The translations under genes and the position numbers were made by a program. A stretch of 51,511 nucleotides of DNA from Candidatus Woesearchaeota archaeon (GTDB lineage: Archaea; Nanobdellota; Nanobdellia; Woesearchaeales; UBA10216): contig JACPBX010000011.1 of the NCBI GenBank assembly GCA_016180085.1, positions 1 to 51,511 on the forward strand, read 5' to 3'. This document shows, one piece after another, positions 36,876 to 47,052 of the stretch. Each line of letters starts with the position of its first letter. Positions within the stretch are counted from its first letter, which is position 1. A model generated the notes under the pieces. The model saw nothing but the letters and a program-made list of their open reading frames with translations, was not told the origin of the DNA and searched no databases.

Positions 36876-37478
36876 ATGACTGAAGTGGAGCAGTTTTTGG
36901 TGCCTCAGGACTCTTACCTGAAGGCTGGGATTCACATAGGGACAAAGTTCAGGACAAAGTACATGAGCCAGTTCATTTACAAGACCAGGCCGGATGGCTT
37001 GTCTGTCCTTAACCTGCAGAAGATTGACGAAAGGATAAAGCTTGCAGCAAACTTCCTGTCAAAGTACAAGCCTGAAGACATTATTATCGTTGGGAAAAGG
37101 GAGAACAGCTGGAAGGCGATAAAGGCTTTTAACAGGTGCACCGGCATAAGGATTTTTGCCGGAAGGTACCTTCCCGGAATTCTGACAAACCCTGCTCTTG
37201 ATAGGTACATTGAGGCAAAGCTGGTGATGGTTACTGACCCGTGGCCTGACCGCAACGTCATAGATGATGCAATGATAAGGGGCATACCGGTTATTGCGCT
37301 TTGCGACACAAACAACCAGGCGAACAACATCGATCTGGTTGTGCCTTGCAACAACAAGGGAAAGAAGAGCCTGGGCCTGCTTTTCTGGATACTGGCAAGG
37401 GAATACCTGAAAAGCAGGGGCGAAGTCAAGAGCGATGAGGACTTCAAGGCGCCTTTGGAAGATTTTACGGAAGAGTAG
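36876..37478 (+). CDS. rps2: 30S ribosomal protein S2 (uS2)
   Basis: YLKAGIHIGTK, RPDGL, GRYLPGILTN, IPVIALCDTNN, PCNNKG. Confidence 0.97.
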   Translation: MTEVEQFLVPQDSYLKAGIHIGTKFRTKYMSQFIYKTRPDGLSVLNLQKIDERIKLAANFLSKYKPEDIIIVGKRENSWKAIKAFNRCTGIRIFAGRYLPGILTNPALDRYIEAKLVMVTDPWPDRNVIDDAMIRGIPVIALCDTNNQANNIDLVVPCNNKGKKSLGLLFWILAREYLKSRGEVKSDEDFKAPLEDFTEE

Positions 37479-37977
37479 TTCCCCCTATCGTTCGCCCGCT
37501 GGAAGCGTAAAGCACTTCATAAGGAGGAGTTGCATGGCCGCGGGCTGGGGCAGGCGCTTCAACCAAGGCATCCAAATCAGGGTCTTTTCCAGCTTCCGCC
37601 CATACCTCTTTCACAGTAATTCTCATGCTTCTTGCCAATTGCCAAATCTTGTGGTGCCCTCTAAAAAGTTTTGTGGAAGACCTGATGCCATTGTCTACGA
37701 TGAATATTCTGAGGTCGTCTCGAGTGAAATAGTTTTTCCAGTCAAGCCCGAAATACTCAGCCAAGGTTGCCACAGGACCATTTCTTGGCAAACGTGCTCT
37801 TTCCTCAAAAGGAAGCCCGCGTATCAAATCATCGAGTTCAGATGGCTCGATTTTTGGTTTTAGCTCAGAGGGACTTCTGGTTGGCGTTAACGTGTAAAGA
37901 ACTCTGCCATAGGCTATAACAGGGGTTTCTTTGGGAACCGCCGCTTCCGATGATATGTATCTGCTGGGTCTGCTCAT
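37465..37977 (-). CDS. Hypothetical protein
   Basis: ORF convergent with rps2; likely start MSRPSRY at 37977; no recognised motif. Confidence 0.55.
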   Translation of the reverse strand: MSRPSRYISSEAAVPKETPVIAYGRVLYTLTPTRSPSELKPKIEPSELDDLIRGLPFEERARLPRNGPVATLAEYFGLDWKNYFTRDDLRIFIVDNGIRSSTKLFRGHHKIWQLARSMRITVKEVWAEAGKDPDLDALVEAPAPARGHATPPYEVLYASSGRTIGGTTLP

Positions 37978-38060
37978 ACGGCATTGGTATGCGATGACAG
38001 TATTTAAATTATGCTGCAGGAATAGTGCCAATTAATTGAAACAAGACAGAATCCGCCTGC

Positions 38061-38186
38061 TTACTCCTCAAAATCAGAGTCGTAGCCGAGCATGAATCCT
38101 TCTTCGGCCGCGTCAAGCTCGTCGTCGTCCAACAATCCCGCAACGCCGTTCTCTTCGTATACGTCCATCTCCAAGTCTTCGTCCAT
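38061..38186 (-). CDS. 41-aa hyper-acidic micro-protein (not in the ORF track)
   Basis: MDEDLEMDVYEENGVAGLLDDDELDAAEEGFMLGYDSDFEE; its antisense explains the poly-Ser ORF at 38092. Confidence 0.7.
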   Translation of the reverse strand: MDEDLEMDVYEENGVAGLLDDDELDAAEEGFMLGYDSDFEE

Positions 38187-38361
38187 TTTGCTAATCAGTT
38201 GGAAGGGAAAAATATTAATATATATGCTTATGCCCTATATTTCATATATGCTATACTTTAAGGGAAAAACTATATTATTAATATTTTAAAATTTATATAA
38301 ATGGTTTGGGTAAGGTCGTTTTTGATTGACCTTTTCCTAAAAGGTCATGCGGGTGGTTTGA

Positions 38362-39315
38362 TTGACTGAATTCAGGAAGCTTATGGCGTTTGGCAACTCG
38401 TCTTACGTCGTTTCTGTGCCTAAGGCCTGGGTGGAGAAGAACAGGCTGAAGAAGGGCGACGTCCTTGTTGTTGAGGAAAGGCCGAATGAGCTGATTTTTG
38501 CTTCCAAGGATTCGGAAGAGAGGCGCAAATTCAGGGAGGCAGCTATTAGCGCTGTGAACAAGGGTGAGCAGGAGCTTAAGACAGAGGTCACATCGCTGTA
38601 CATCAACAATTTCGACATTATCACCGTTACCGATGTTGGCCATGCCGCCAGGGAGGTCAAGGGCATATTCCACAGCCTTGTTGGCATGGAGATTGTTGAG
38701 GAGACCACAACAAAGGTTGTTGCAAAGGACCTGCTGGACGTCCAGGAGGTATCCATGAGCAACATTGTCAGGAGGGTTGACATTATACTGAGGTCTATGC
38801 TTGAGGACTCAAAGGCTTTTTCCGGCAGTGAGGCTGAGAGCGTTTACGAGAGGGATAAGGAAGTGAACAGGCTTACGCTTCTTGGCTTCAGGACGGCAAG
38901 GGCTGCTGCCGATAACCCCAGGCTGCTTCGCCTGTTTGGGACAACCTACTGGAACATCATGGTATCCAAGCAGATTTTGTCGCATCTTGAGAGGCTTGGC
39001 GACCAGCTTAAGAGGCTTCTGAGGTTTGCGAAGGAAAAGGAAAAAGGTACTGAGCTTAACAGGTTCAAGGAGTTCAAGGGGCTTTTCGCTGACATTGCAA
39101 GGCATTATGAGTCTGTTATGAAGATTTACTACAACAGGGACAAAAGCCAGGCTTTCAAGACCGAGACAAACTCGAAAAACCTGCTCAAGGAATGCGACCG
39201 CCTGCTTGAAAAGTATAATTCTGTCGCGGCAGCGAGGATGATTGAGTACTTCAAGTACATGATAATCTCAGTCAGCGGAATCCTGAGGAACAGCATGGAG
39301 CAGGAGGAGCAGTAA
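38362..39315 (+). CDS. phoU: Archaeal phosphate uptake regulator (AbrB-like N-domain + PhoU)
   Basis: RKLMAFGNSSYVVSVPKAW; PhoU-like DKEVNRL and LERLGD. Confidence 0.85.
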   Translation: MTEFRKLMAFGNSSYVVSVPKAWVEKNRLKKGDVLVVEERPNELIFASKDSEERRKFREAAISAVNKGEQELKTEVTSLYINNFDIITVTDVGHAAREVKGIFHSLVGMEIVEETTTKVVAKDLLDVQEVSMSNIVRRVDIILRSMLEDSKAFSGSEAESVYERDKEVNRLTLLGFRTARAAADNPRLLRLFGTTYWNIMVSKQILSHLERLGDQLKRLLRFAKEKEKGTELNRFKEFKGLFADIARHYESVMKIYYNRDKSQAFKTETNSKNLLKECDRLLEKYNSVAAARMIEYFKYMIISVSGILRNSMEQEEQ

Positions 39316-39854
39316 TGTTTTGGAGTGACTCTGACAGGTGGGACTTTTTGGCTGATGCCGAAAGTCGGATTGCTCGTAGTGAGGTAAAGGAACTCAGGGC
39401 TCTTGTGAATGCTGCGCGCATGCTTCCTGATTGGCACACCAAACTGTCAAGGAATCGAACAGCTGACCAGGACTCTTATGTGCCCCAGGCTATACGTATA
39501 CTTGAAATGGCCGTAAGGCTTGTAAAGGGCGCGAGGCAGTATGAGGATGGGATAAGAAAACGCGCAAAGTCTGTTCTCGATGTAATGGAGCGGTCTAAGA
39601 TTGTTGTGAGTGAAGATGATGCGCTTATGCTCGGGGAGGCGCAAAAAATTGAGGGAAAGCTAACGCAAATAATTACGCTGCTTGAAAGTGTAAAAAAATA
39701 TTGCAAGGACGCATTAGATGGCAAGCGACGTATTGATGTTGGTGTGGTGCATGATAAAGGTGTGTCGAAGGCGTGGATGGAAATCAAGGGGATTATTCGG
39801 GAAACTGCTTACCTTATTCATTTAGAAATGCTGTTAGAGCAAAGAAGGTTATAG
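39315..39854 (+). CDS. Hypothetical alpha-helical protein
   Basis: TAATG coupling to phoU; 179 aa. Confidence 0.6.
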   Translation: MFWSDSDRWDFLADAESRIARSEVKELRALVNAARMLPDWHTKLSRNRTADQDSYVPQAIRILEMAVRLVKGARQYEDGIRKRAKSVLDVMERSKIVVSEDDALMLGEAQKIEGKLTQIITLLESVKKYCKDALDGKRRIDVGVVHDKGVSKAWMEIKGIIRETAYLIHLEMLLEQRRL

Positions 39855-39891
39855 CAGTTTTGGCTTGCGTGGCGCAAATTTGCAACTGAAG

Positions 39892-40578
39892 CTAAACCTC
39901 TTCAAAACCCCCTTTTTTTATCCTGAAGGTGATTTCTGTATTTGGGATGCTGCGGTGCTTGGTGAGCATCGCGGTCCTTGTCCCGTTGCCGTTGATTTTC
40001 AGCTCAACAAGGCATTTGCTGCTGTATCTCAGGATATCCCCGCCCACTATTTTAATTTTGGTTTTGTCTGCGAAGTCTGAGTATACAGGTGTTGTCACGA
40101 CAACCGGGATGTCCTTTGTCCGGGCGATTGCCAGAAGGGTGGAAAGCTGCTTTCCCAGTTCCCGGTTGAGGCTGGCGTTGTCCTCGCCTCTTTCAACCCT
40201 GTAAAGGGATGATATCGTGTCGCATATGATGAGGCATATCTTTGCGCTTATCTGCTCTGCCAGGGTTTCAAGGGCTTTTTTCTGCTCCGTAAAGTTTGTG
40301 ACTTTGAGCAGCATTATCCTTTCAAGGACCTTTTTTGCTTCTTTATCATCGCCGACCAGCTGCTGCAGCCTCTCGGTTGAGAATCCGCCCTCTGTGTCGA
40401 TGAATACGACTTTTTTATCCCTGTTTTCCTTTGCTGTTGCTGCACTGACTGCTGCGAGAAGGCAGGTTGTTGTCTTGCCAGAGCCGGCAGGGCCGTAAAT
40501 GGCTGTTATGACATCTGTCTCATAGCCCCCTTCCAGCAACTTGTCAAGGACGTCTGAGCCGCTGCCAACCTTCGCCAT
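39892..40578 (-). CDS. radB: DNA repair protein RadB
   Basis: GPAGSGKT, FIDTEGGFS, C-terminal KHR motif; lacks the RadA N-domain. Confidence 0.92.
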   Translation of the reverse strand: MAKVGSGSDVLDKLLEGGYETDVITAIYGPAGSGKTTTCLLAAVSAATAKENRDKKVVFIDTEGGFSTERLQQLVGDDKEAKKVLERIMLLKVTNFTEQKKALETLAEQISAKICLIICDTISSLYRVERGEDNASLNRELGKQLSTLLAIARTKDIPVVVTTPVYSDFADKTKIKIVGGDILRYSSKCLVELKINGNGTRTAMLTKHRSIPNTEITFRIKKGGFEEV

Positions 40579-40691
40579 GCTGGGCAGCTGTTCGCTTGCA
40601 TTATTTAAAGGTTTTATCCTAAACTAAGTGCGAAACGTTTTTAAAGCGCCTTCCAAACCTTTTGCGTGTTTCTGTGGACGGTGGAAATGTT

Positions 40692-41018
40692 ATGGAAACT
40701 GTGCTTGATGAGATAAAGGGCGCCGAAAAAGAGGCTGACAGGTTAGTTGAAGAGGCTGAAAGGCAGAAGCAGAAAATAATGGCGGATTCCAGGCTGAGGG
40801 CAGCGCAGTTTCTTAAGGACCGGGAAGCCGAGTTGGCTGAGGGCAAGGTTCAGGCGGTTGAGCGCCAGAAAGAGAAGATTGCGGCTGGCAGGGAGAAAAT
40901 TCTGGGAGAGGGCGTGAGTGAGCTTAAGTCAATAAGGAGAAATGCCGAGAAGAGGGCTAACGACGCCATCGATTTGGTCCTTGAGGCGTTTGAGAAAGAG
41001 ATTTTGCAGATGCGGTAA
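40692..41018 (+). CDS. atpH: A/V-type ATP synthase subunit H/G
   Basis: METVLDEIKGAEKEA coiled coil at the head of the operon. Confidence 0.8.
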   Translation: METVLDEIKGAEKEADRLVEEAERQKQKIMADSRLRAAQFLKDREAELAEGKVQAVERQKEKIAAGREKILGEGVSELKSIRRNAEKRANDAIDLVLEAFEKEILQMR

Positions 41019-41021
41019 AAA

Positions 41022-42905
41022 TTGAAAATGTTTGCTCCTGAAAGGATGAAGAGGGTGACAGTAGTAGGGCCAATGTCTGTTATGGACAGGGCTGTAAAGG
41101 AGCTTTACGGGCTGAAGGCTGTTCACATCACCGACCATTCAAGGGGCGATCTTGAGCTTGACATTGGCAGCCCTTTAGAGAGGGCTGACAGGCTTTCAGA
41201 GCTTCTGGTAACTGTCAGGGCGATTTCCTCGGCGCTTGGCGTTTCTGGCAAAAAGGAGCTTATGAACGGCTTCAGGGCTGTCGGCATGAAAAACCTGGCC
41301 GGGCTTAACAAGGCAATTAAAAGGCTTAACTTGGAAGTCAACACCATTCTGGCTGATTTGAAGGAAGCTGAGGAAAAGTTGAAAAAGCTCGGCATGAAGA
41401 AAAGCCAGCTGGAATTTGTTCAGAAACTCGGCCTTGGCCTTGATGCCTTTTTTGATTACAGGTCACTGGCTTGTTTTGTTGGCACAGTTAAGGACGCCCA
41501 GAAGCTGAGGAAGGCTCTTCTTGTGGTAACGGACAAGTTTGAGCTTTTCTCTGCCGAGGAGAAGGAAAAGTCCGGCTTTATTGTTGCGCTGTTCGTTGAA
41601 TCAGGTAAAAAAGCCGAGGCTGCAGAGGTTCTGGCTTCAGCTGGGTTTGCCGAGATGCCGTTGGCAGAGGTGAAGGGGCTGAGCAACCCCGTATCTACTG
41701 CTATTGAGGCAGCGAATAAGGAAAAAAGCAGGCTTGAAAAGCGGATTGAGACAGACGGGAAGGCTCTGGCAAGGCTTAGCGTGAAGTGGAATGATTTTCT
41801 GCTGTTGAGCGAGCAGCTTCTTGCTGTTGAGCTTGAGAAGGCCGAAGCTCCATTGAGGTTTGCCGTGAGCAAAAGCGCTTTTGTAATTCGGGGGTGGGTC
41901 CCTGCAGGCGAGGTCGAAACGCTTGAGGTGACGTTGAACAAGGCGACAGGGGAGAGGATTTTTGTCGGGGCAGAGCCCCCCCACCACAGCGAGAAGGTGC
42001 CTGTGAAGCTTGCAAACCCCAAGCCCGCAAAGCCATTCGAGTTTTTTATGAGGCTTTACTCCCTGCCCAGGTATGATGAGATTGACCCGACAGTGTTCAC
42101 GTTCATAACATTTCCCTTGTTTTTCGGTTTCATCCTGGGCGATGTCGGCTATGGCCTTGTCACATTTTTCCTGCTGTTCTGGCTTAAGGAAAAATTTCCT
42201 TCCGCCTCAAGGCTTGTTAATGTCCTGATACCGGCTGCGGTCTCTTCAATTATTTTCGGGTTTCTTTTCGGAGAGGTTTTCGGTTTCGAGGCAGCGTTTG
42301 GCATGGAGTTCCCAAGGCTGATTGGCAGGGCTCATGCTGTTAATGAGATGATGATTATTGCTGTGATTATCGGCATGGTTCACATCAACCTTGGCTTTGT
42401 GCTTGGCTTCCTGAATGAGCTTCACCACAAGGGCTTTTTCAAGGCGTTCAGCGCAAAGCTCAGCTGGATCGCCCTGGAGCTCAGCGCAGCCCTTGCTGCC
42501 CTGTCATTCACGGGAAAAATCAGTCTGCCTGTTTATGTTGGCGGTGTTGCAGCGGCTTTTTTCGCTGCCATGATAACAATGGCTGAAGGATTCAGGGGCC
42601 CTATAGAGATACCCGGGCTTTTGAGCAACTTCATGTCTTATGCAAGGCTGGCAGCTGTGGGGCTTTCCTCAGTAATCCTTGCTGTTGTTGTCAATGACCT
42701 GGCCAAGGAAATGGCAGGCTCAGGGATTGTTGGGATGGCTGGTGCGGTGATTACCCTTTTCGTGGGGCACACGATAAACCTTGCCCTTGGCCTGCTGGGC
42801 GGCTTCCTGCACAGCCTTAGGCTGCACTATGTTGAGTTTTTTACAAAGTTTTTTGAAGGGGGGGCGATTCCATTCAGGCCGTTTGGTTCAAAAACGCAGG
42901 AGTAA
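41022..42905 (+). CDS. atpI: A/V-type ATP synthase subunit I (a)
   Basis: PERMKRV, IDPT..FPLFFGFILGDVGYG, SYARLAAVGL, HSLRLHYVEFF. Confidence 0.95.
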   Translation: MKMFAPERMKRVTVVGPMSVMDRAVKELYGLKAVHITDHSRGDLELDIGSPLERADRLSELLVTVRAISSALGVSGKKELMNGFRAVGMKNLAGLNKAIKRLNLEVNTILADLKEAEEKLKKLGMKKSQLEFVQKLGLGLDAFFDYRSLACFVGTVKDAQKLRKALLVVTDKFELFSAEEKEKSGFIVALFVESGKKAEAAEVLASAGFAEMPLAEVKGLSNPVSTAIEAANKEKSRLEKRIETDGKALARLSVKWNDFLLLSEQLLAVELEKAEAPLRFAVSKSAFVIRGWVPAGEVETLEVTLNKATGERIFVGAEPPHHSEKVPVKLANPKPAKPFEFFMRLYSLPRYDEIDPTVFTFITFPLFFGFILGDVGYGLVTFFLLFWLKEKFPSASRLVNVLIPAAVSSIIFGFLFGEVFGFEAAFGMEFPRLIGRAHAVNEMMIIAVIIGMVHINLGFVLGFLNELHHKGFFKAFSAKLSWIALELSAALAALSFTGKISLPVYVGGVAAAFFAAMITMAEGFRGPIEIPGLLSNFMSYARLAAVGLSSVILAVVVNDLAKEMAGSGIVGMAGAVITLFVGHTINLALGLLGGFLHSLRLHYVEFFTKFFEGGAIPFRPFGSKTQE

Positions 42906-42963
42906 TTATTGATAATGGTGAGCTAAATAAAGGCAAAAAATGAAAATCAGGAGGTAAGGAAAA

Positions 42964-43185
42964 ATGGCAGAAGTAGGTTTGGTTGCGATTGGCGCAGGGC
43001 TGGCAATAGGTTTAACCGCCATAGCAGCGGGAATTGCTGAGAAGGAGATAGGCTCGGCTGCTGTTGGTGCAATGGCTGAGAAGGAGGAGGTTTTCGGCAA
43101 GGGCCTTATACTGACGGTAATTCCGGAAACGCTTGTAATCTTCGGCCTCGTTGTTGCAATCCTGATACTGGGCTTGGCAAAGTAA
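42964..43185 (+). CDS. atpK: A/V-type ATP synthase subunit K (c), single hairpin
   Basis: 73 aa; conserved PET carboxylate. Confidence 0.95.
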   Translation: MAEVGLVAIGAGLAIGLTAIAAGIAEKEIGSAAVGAMAEKEEVFGKGLILTVIPETLVIFGLVVAILILGLAK

Positions 43186-43260
43186 ATTGCTGGGCGGGGC
43201 AGTAGTGGCAGCGGCAATGAATGTGCATCATTAAGATACTGCTTTGTAAGGTAGGCTTGG

Positions 43261-43842
43261 ATGGGACTTGAAAAGGTTAAGCAGGAAATACTGGAGAAAG
43301 CCGGGAAAGCTGCTGCGGGGATTGTTGCTGAAGCCCAGGCAGAGGCGAAGGCTGTGATGAGGGCTGCTGAGAAGCAGATGCAGAACTACGAGCGCCTTGT
43401 TGAGGAGGATATCGGCAGGTCTGTTGAGCAGATGAAGAGGAGAGAGCTTGCCTCGGCAGAGCTTGAGTTGCAGAAACAGGTCCTGGCTGCAAAGAATGAG
43501 CTTATTGAAAGCGTTTTTTCGGAAACCGGGAAGAGGCTTGCCCAGCTGAGTGACAAGAGGAGGGAAGCCCACGTCAAAGCACTCCTGGATATGGCAAGGA
43601 AGGAAATGAGCGTGGCTGTTGTCCAGTGCAACAGCAAGGATGCAAGGTTTTTGGAAGGCGGCACAGGCAATAGCAATAACACAGGGGAGTTGAAAGTTAT
43701 CAAAAACGACAGCATATCCGGCGGTATAGTGGCAGAAAGCCCCGACAGGAGGCTGAAGGTTGACTACAGCTATGAATCCGTGCTCGGGCAGACAAAATCA
43801 AAGGTGTTAAGCGATGTTGCAAGGCTCTTATTCGGGAAGTAG
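43261..43842 (+). CDS. atpE: A/V-type ATP synthase subunit E
   Basis: MGLEKVKQEIL, ISGGIVAES..VDYSYE. Confidence 0.92.
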   Translation: MGLEKVKQEILEKAGKAAAGIVAEAQAEAKAVMRAAEKQMQNYERLVEEDIGRSVEQMKRRELASAELELQKQVLAAKNELIESVFSETGKRLAQLSDKRREAHVKALLDMARKEMSVAVVQCNSKDARFLEGGTGNSNNTGELKVIKNDSISGGIVAESPDRRLKVDYSYESVLGQTKSKVLSDVARLLFGK

Positions 43843-43870
43843 AAGCGGCAGTGGAGTGGAGGGGAAGCTC

Positions 43871-44908
43871 ATGCTTGGGAAATACCCATACACTTACGCA
43901 AGGGTCAGCGTTATGAGGTCTTCCCTGCTCAGGAAAGATGACTATAACAAGCTCATGAAGATGAACGTGAACGAAATGATAGGCTACCTTGAAAATTCTC
44001 AGTACAAAAAAGAAATTGATGAGCTGGCTGTTCAGTTTAAGGGCGTGCAGCTTATGGAACTGGCTCTTAGCCGCAACCTGGCAAACACGTGGACAAAGCT
44101 TAAGCGCATTTCGCCGCCCAGCCTGAGAGCCTTGATAGCAATATACCTGCTAAGGGTGGATGTCTGGAACGTCAAGACAATTATTAGGGCAAAATACACA
44201 AAGCTTGATGCCGCCCAGCTTCAGGCGATGCTGCTTCCTTCCGGCTTTCTCACGGAAAAAAGGCTTGCTGAGCTTGTCAAGAAGGAATCAGTGGATGACA
44301 TCCTCAAGTCGCTGGAATTTGTCGGCTTCAGCCATTTTGCAGCAGCAGTTGACAGGTTTAAGGAAACAAAATCGGTTTCGGAGATTGAAAACGCCCTTGA
44401 CAGGTTTTACTATTCTGCGATGCAGGAGTTTTCCAGGAGGCTCCCGAATGAGGGCAGGCTTTTCAGGGAGTTCCTCGAATCCGAGCTTGTGATTTCAACT
44501 GTTATAAACATTTTAAGGCTGAAAAGGGCCGGCACAGCAGCAAAGGATGTTGAGCGTTACGTTATAGTGCCGGAGTCCTGCAGGGCTCTCGCCAAAAAAA
44601 TGGTTGCTGCAGCAACAGCCGAGGACGGTGCAAAGCTGCTTGAGCAGAGCCGCTTTAAGGCGGTCGCTGAAACTGGCGTGAGGGAATTTTTGGCCAGCAG
44701 GAGCCTGATAAGGCTTGAGCTGGACCTTTACAGGCAGCTTTTGAAGCGCTCTGTCCTGCTCATACACCAGCACCCCCTGACTGTTGATGTGATACTCGGC
44801 TACATGTTCGCAAAGGAGCTTGAGGCAAGGAATCTCAAGCTGCTGCTGAAGGCAAAGCAGCTCGGCCTCGGCAATGAGTTCGTTGAGCAGCAGATAATAA
44901 CAATGTAA
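43871..44908 (+). CDS. atpC: A/V-type ATP synthase subunit C
   Basis: YPYTYARV, DVWNVKTIIRAK, KELEARNLK. Confidence 0.92.
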   Translation: MLGKYPYTYARVSVMRSSLLRKDDYNKLMKMNVNEMIGYLENSQYKKEIDELAVQFKGVQLMELALSRNLANTWTKLKRISPPSLRALIAIYLLRVDVWNVKTIIRAKYTKLDAAQLQAMLLPSGFLTEKRLAELVKKESVDDILKSLEFVGFSHFAAAVDRFKETKSVSEIENALDRFYYSAMQEFSRRLPNEGRLFREFLESELVISTVINILRLKRAGTAAKDVERYVIVPESCRALAKKMVAAATAEDGAKLLEQSRFKAVAETGVREFLASRSLIRLELDLYRQLLKRSVLLIHQHPLTVDVILGYMFAKELEARNLKLLLKAKQLGLGNEFVEQQIITM

Positions 44909-44957
44909 CACTAATGTAATATGTGATGCGAAGAGTAATACGAAGAAGTGATGGTGC

Positions 44958-45248
44958 ATGGAACTCGCTGTAATCGGGAAGGAGGATTTTTGCCTGGGCT
45001 TCAGCCTTGCAGGCGTGAGGAACATCTTTGAGACAGAAAGCCCGGCCGAGGCGCTGAAAAAGGTCTCAGACGACCCTGAAATAGGCGTTGTTGTTTTCGA
45101 TGAATCGCTGCTGGAAAAAGTCGACGAGTTTGAAAAGGCAAGGCTTGAAGGCAGCATCAGGCCTGTCTTCGTAACGCTCTCTCTAAAGGAAGAGAGCGAT
45201 GCCCTGAAAAAAATGATAAAGAAATCGATTGGCGTTGAGTTGTGGTAA
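44958..45248 (+). CDS. atpF: A/V-type ATP synthase subunit F
   Basis: LAVIGKEDFCLGFSLAGV, IKKSIGVEL. Confidence 0.93.
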   Translation: MELAVIGKEDFCLGFSLAGVRNIFETESPAEALKKVSDDPEIGVVVFDESLLEKVDEFEKARLEGSIRPVFVTLSLKEESDALKKMIKKSIGVELW

Positions 45249-45283
45249 GGGCCGGATTATTGTGAAAATTGTGGTGAATAATT

Positions 45284-47011
45284 ATGGTTAAGACTGGGAA
45301 AATATACCGTGTTGCCGGGCCTGTTGTTGTTGCCGAGCTTGAGGCGAGGATGTATGATGTCTGCAAGGTCGGCAGGGAAAAGCTGCTTGGTGAGGTAATC
45401 CAGATTAATGGGGGCAGGTGCACAATCCAGGTTTACGAGGACACAACAGGAATAAAGCCTGGCGAGGATGTTGAGAACACTGAGCAGCCGCTTGTTGTTG
45501 AATTGGGCCCTGGCCTTTTATCTTCGATATACGACGGCATCCAGAGGCCGCTTCAGGTTCTTAGGGGAATGACCGGCGACTTCATCATGAGGGGCGCTTC
45601 AGCGCCTGGCCTTGACAGGAAGAAGAAGTGGGATTTCAAGGCAATTGTGAAGCAGGGCGCGGTTGTAAAAGGCGGCGATGCGATTGGCACTGTCAAGGAA
45701 AGCGAGACTGTTGTGCACAAGGTTCTTGTTCCACCAAACGTTTCTGGTAAGATTGCCAGCATCACAGATGGCAGCTATACGGTCGCTGATGCTGTAGGCA
45801 GGCTTGACAACGGTACCGAGTTGAAGCTGATGCAGCTGTGGCCTGTGAGAAAGCCGAGGCCTGTTAAGGAAAAGCTGCTGCCAAAAATCCCGCTCATAAC
45901 AGGCCAGAGGGTTTTTGATTCCCTGTTCCCATTAGCAAAGGGAGGCGTGGCCGCCATACCAGGGCCGTTTGGCAGCGGGAAAACGGTTTCCCAGCAACAA
46001 TTAGCGAAATGGTCGGATGCGGATATTGTTGTTTACGTTGGCTGCGGCGAGAGAGGCAATGAAATGACCGAGGTTCTCACAGAATTCCCTGAGCTTACTG
46101 ACCCGAAAACAGGCAAGCCGCTGATGCAGCGCACTATTTTGATTGCAAACACATCGAATATGCCGGTAGCTGCAAGGGAGGCTTCTGTTTACACGGGAAT
46201 CACGCTGGCAGAGTATTACAGGGACATGGGCTACTCTGTTGCACTGATGGCTGATTCAACTTCAAGGTGGGCTGAGGCCATGAGGGAAATCTCGTCCAGG
46301 CTTGAGGAGATGCCTGGCGAGGAGGGCTATCCTGCTTACCTGTCAACAAGGCTCTCTGAGTTTTACGAACGAGCCGGAAGGGTTAACACGCTTGCCGGTT
46401 CAGAGGGCTCTGTAAGCGTCATAGGCGCGGTCTCGCCTCCGGGCGGTGACTTCTCAGAGCCTGTAACCCAGGGCACTTTGAGGGTCATAAAGACATTCTG
46501 GGCACTGGACGCCAAGTTGGCGCAAAGGAGGCACTTTCCATCAATAAACTGGCTCACATCCTATTCGCTGTACCTTGATTCGCTCTCGCAATGGTACGAG
46601 GAAAATGTTGCCCCTGACTGGGTTGAGCACATCAGCAGGACCAGGCTGATTTTGCAGGAAGAAGAGAAGCTGATGGAGATTGTGCAGCTTGTCGGCTCAG
46701 ACGCCCTGCCTGAGAGGGAGCAGGTTACTTTGCTTGTCGCGAGGATGTTCAGGGAGTCCCTTCTCCAGCAAAACGCATACCATCCGGTTGATACGTACAG
46801 CGAGCCGAGGAAGACCTATCTTATCATGAAAACAATTTTGCATTTTGCTGACCTGGCGAAGACTGCCCTGGACTCGGGAATAAGGGCACAGAGGGTTGTT
46901 GCGATGAAGTCGAAGGACAGTGTATCCCTGGTGAAGTTTGAGAAGGACTATGAAAGCTTTCTTAATGGCGTGAATAAGGACATGGAGAAGGAGTTCGCGC
47001 AGTTGAAGTGA
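45284..47011 (+). CDS. atpA: A/V-type ATP synthase subunit A
   Basis: [36 protein letters not shown]; no intein. Confidence 0.97.
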   Translation: MVKTGKIYRVAGPVVVAELEARMYDVCKVGREKLLGEVIQINGGRCTIQVYEDTTGIKPGEDVENTEQPLVVELGPGLLSSIYDGIQRPLQVLRGMTGDFIMRGASAPGLDRKKKWDFKAIVKQGAVVKGGDAIGTVKESETVVHKVLVPPNVSGKIASITDGSYTVADAVGRLDNGTELKLMQLWPVRKPRPVKEKLLPKIPLITGQRVFDSLFPLAKGGVAAIPGPFGSGKTVSQQQLAKWSDADIVVYVGCGERGNEMTEVLTEFPELTDPKTGKPLMQRTILIANTSNMPVAAREASVYTGITLAEYYRDMGYSVALMADSTSRWAEAMREISSRLEEMPGEEGYPAYLSTRLSEFYERAGRVNTLAGSEGSVSVIGAVSPPGGDFSEPVTQGTLRVIKTFWALDAKLAQRRHFPSINWLTSYSLYLDSLSQWYEENVAPDWVEHISRTRLILQEEEKLMEIVQLVGSDALPEREQVTLLVARMFRESLLQQNAYHPVDTYSEPRKTYLIMKTILHFADLAKTALDSGIRAQRVVAMKSKDSVSLVKFEKDYESFLNGVNKDMEKEFAQLK

Positions 47012-47052
47012 AAATGCAAAACGAAAAAATTGTTGCTGATGGTGACTGAGGG

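Noticed and set aside
38092-38289. Plus-strand poly-Ser ORF
   Set aside because: Reverse complement of the acidic micro-protein plus AT-rich promoter DNA.
38190-38310. Replication origin (ORB-like CAGTTGGAAGGG and AT-rich tract)
   Set aside because: Only a partial single match, no inverted ORB pair and no cdc6/orc1 nearby.
31539-47011. Inteins in RadA or AtpA
   Set aside because: Both proteins have normal length and continuous motifs at the usual insertion points.
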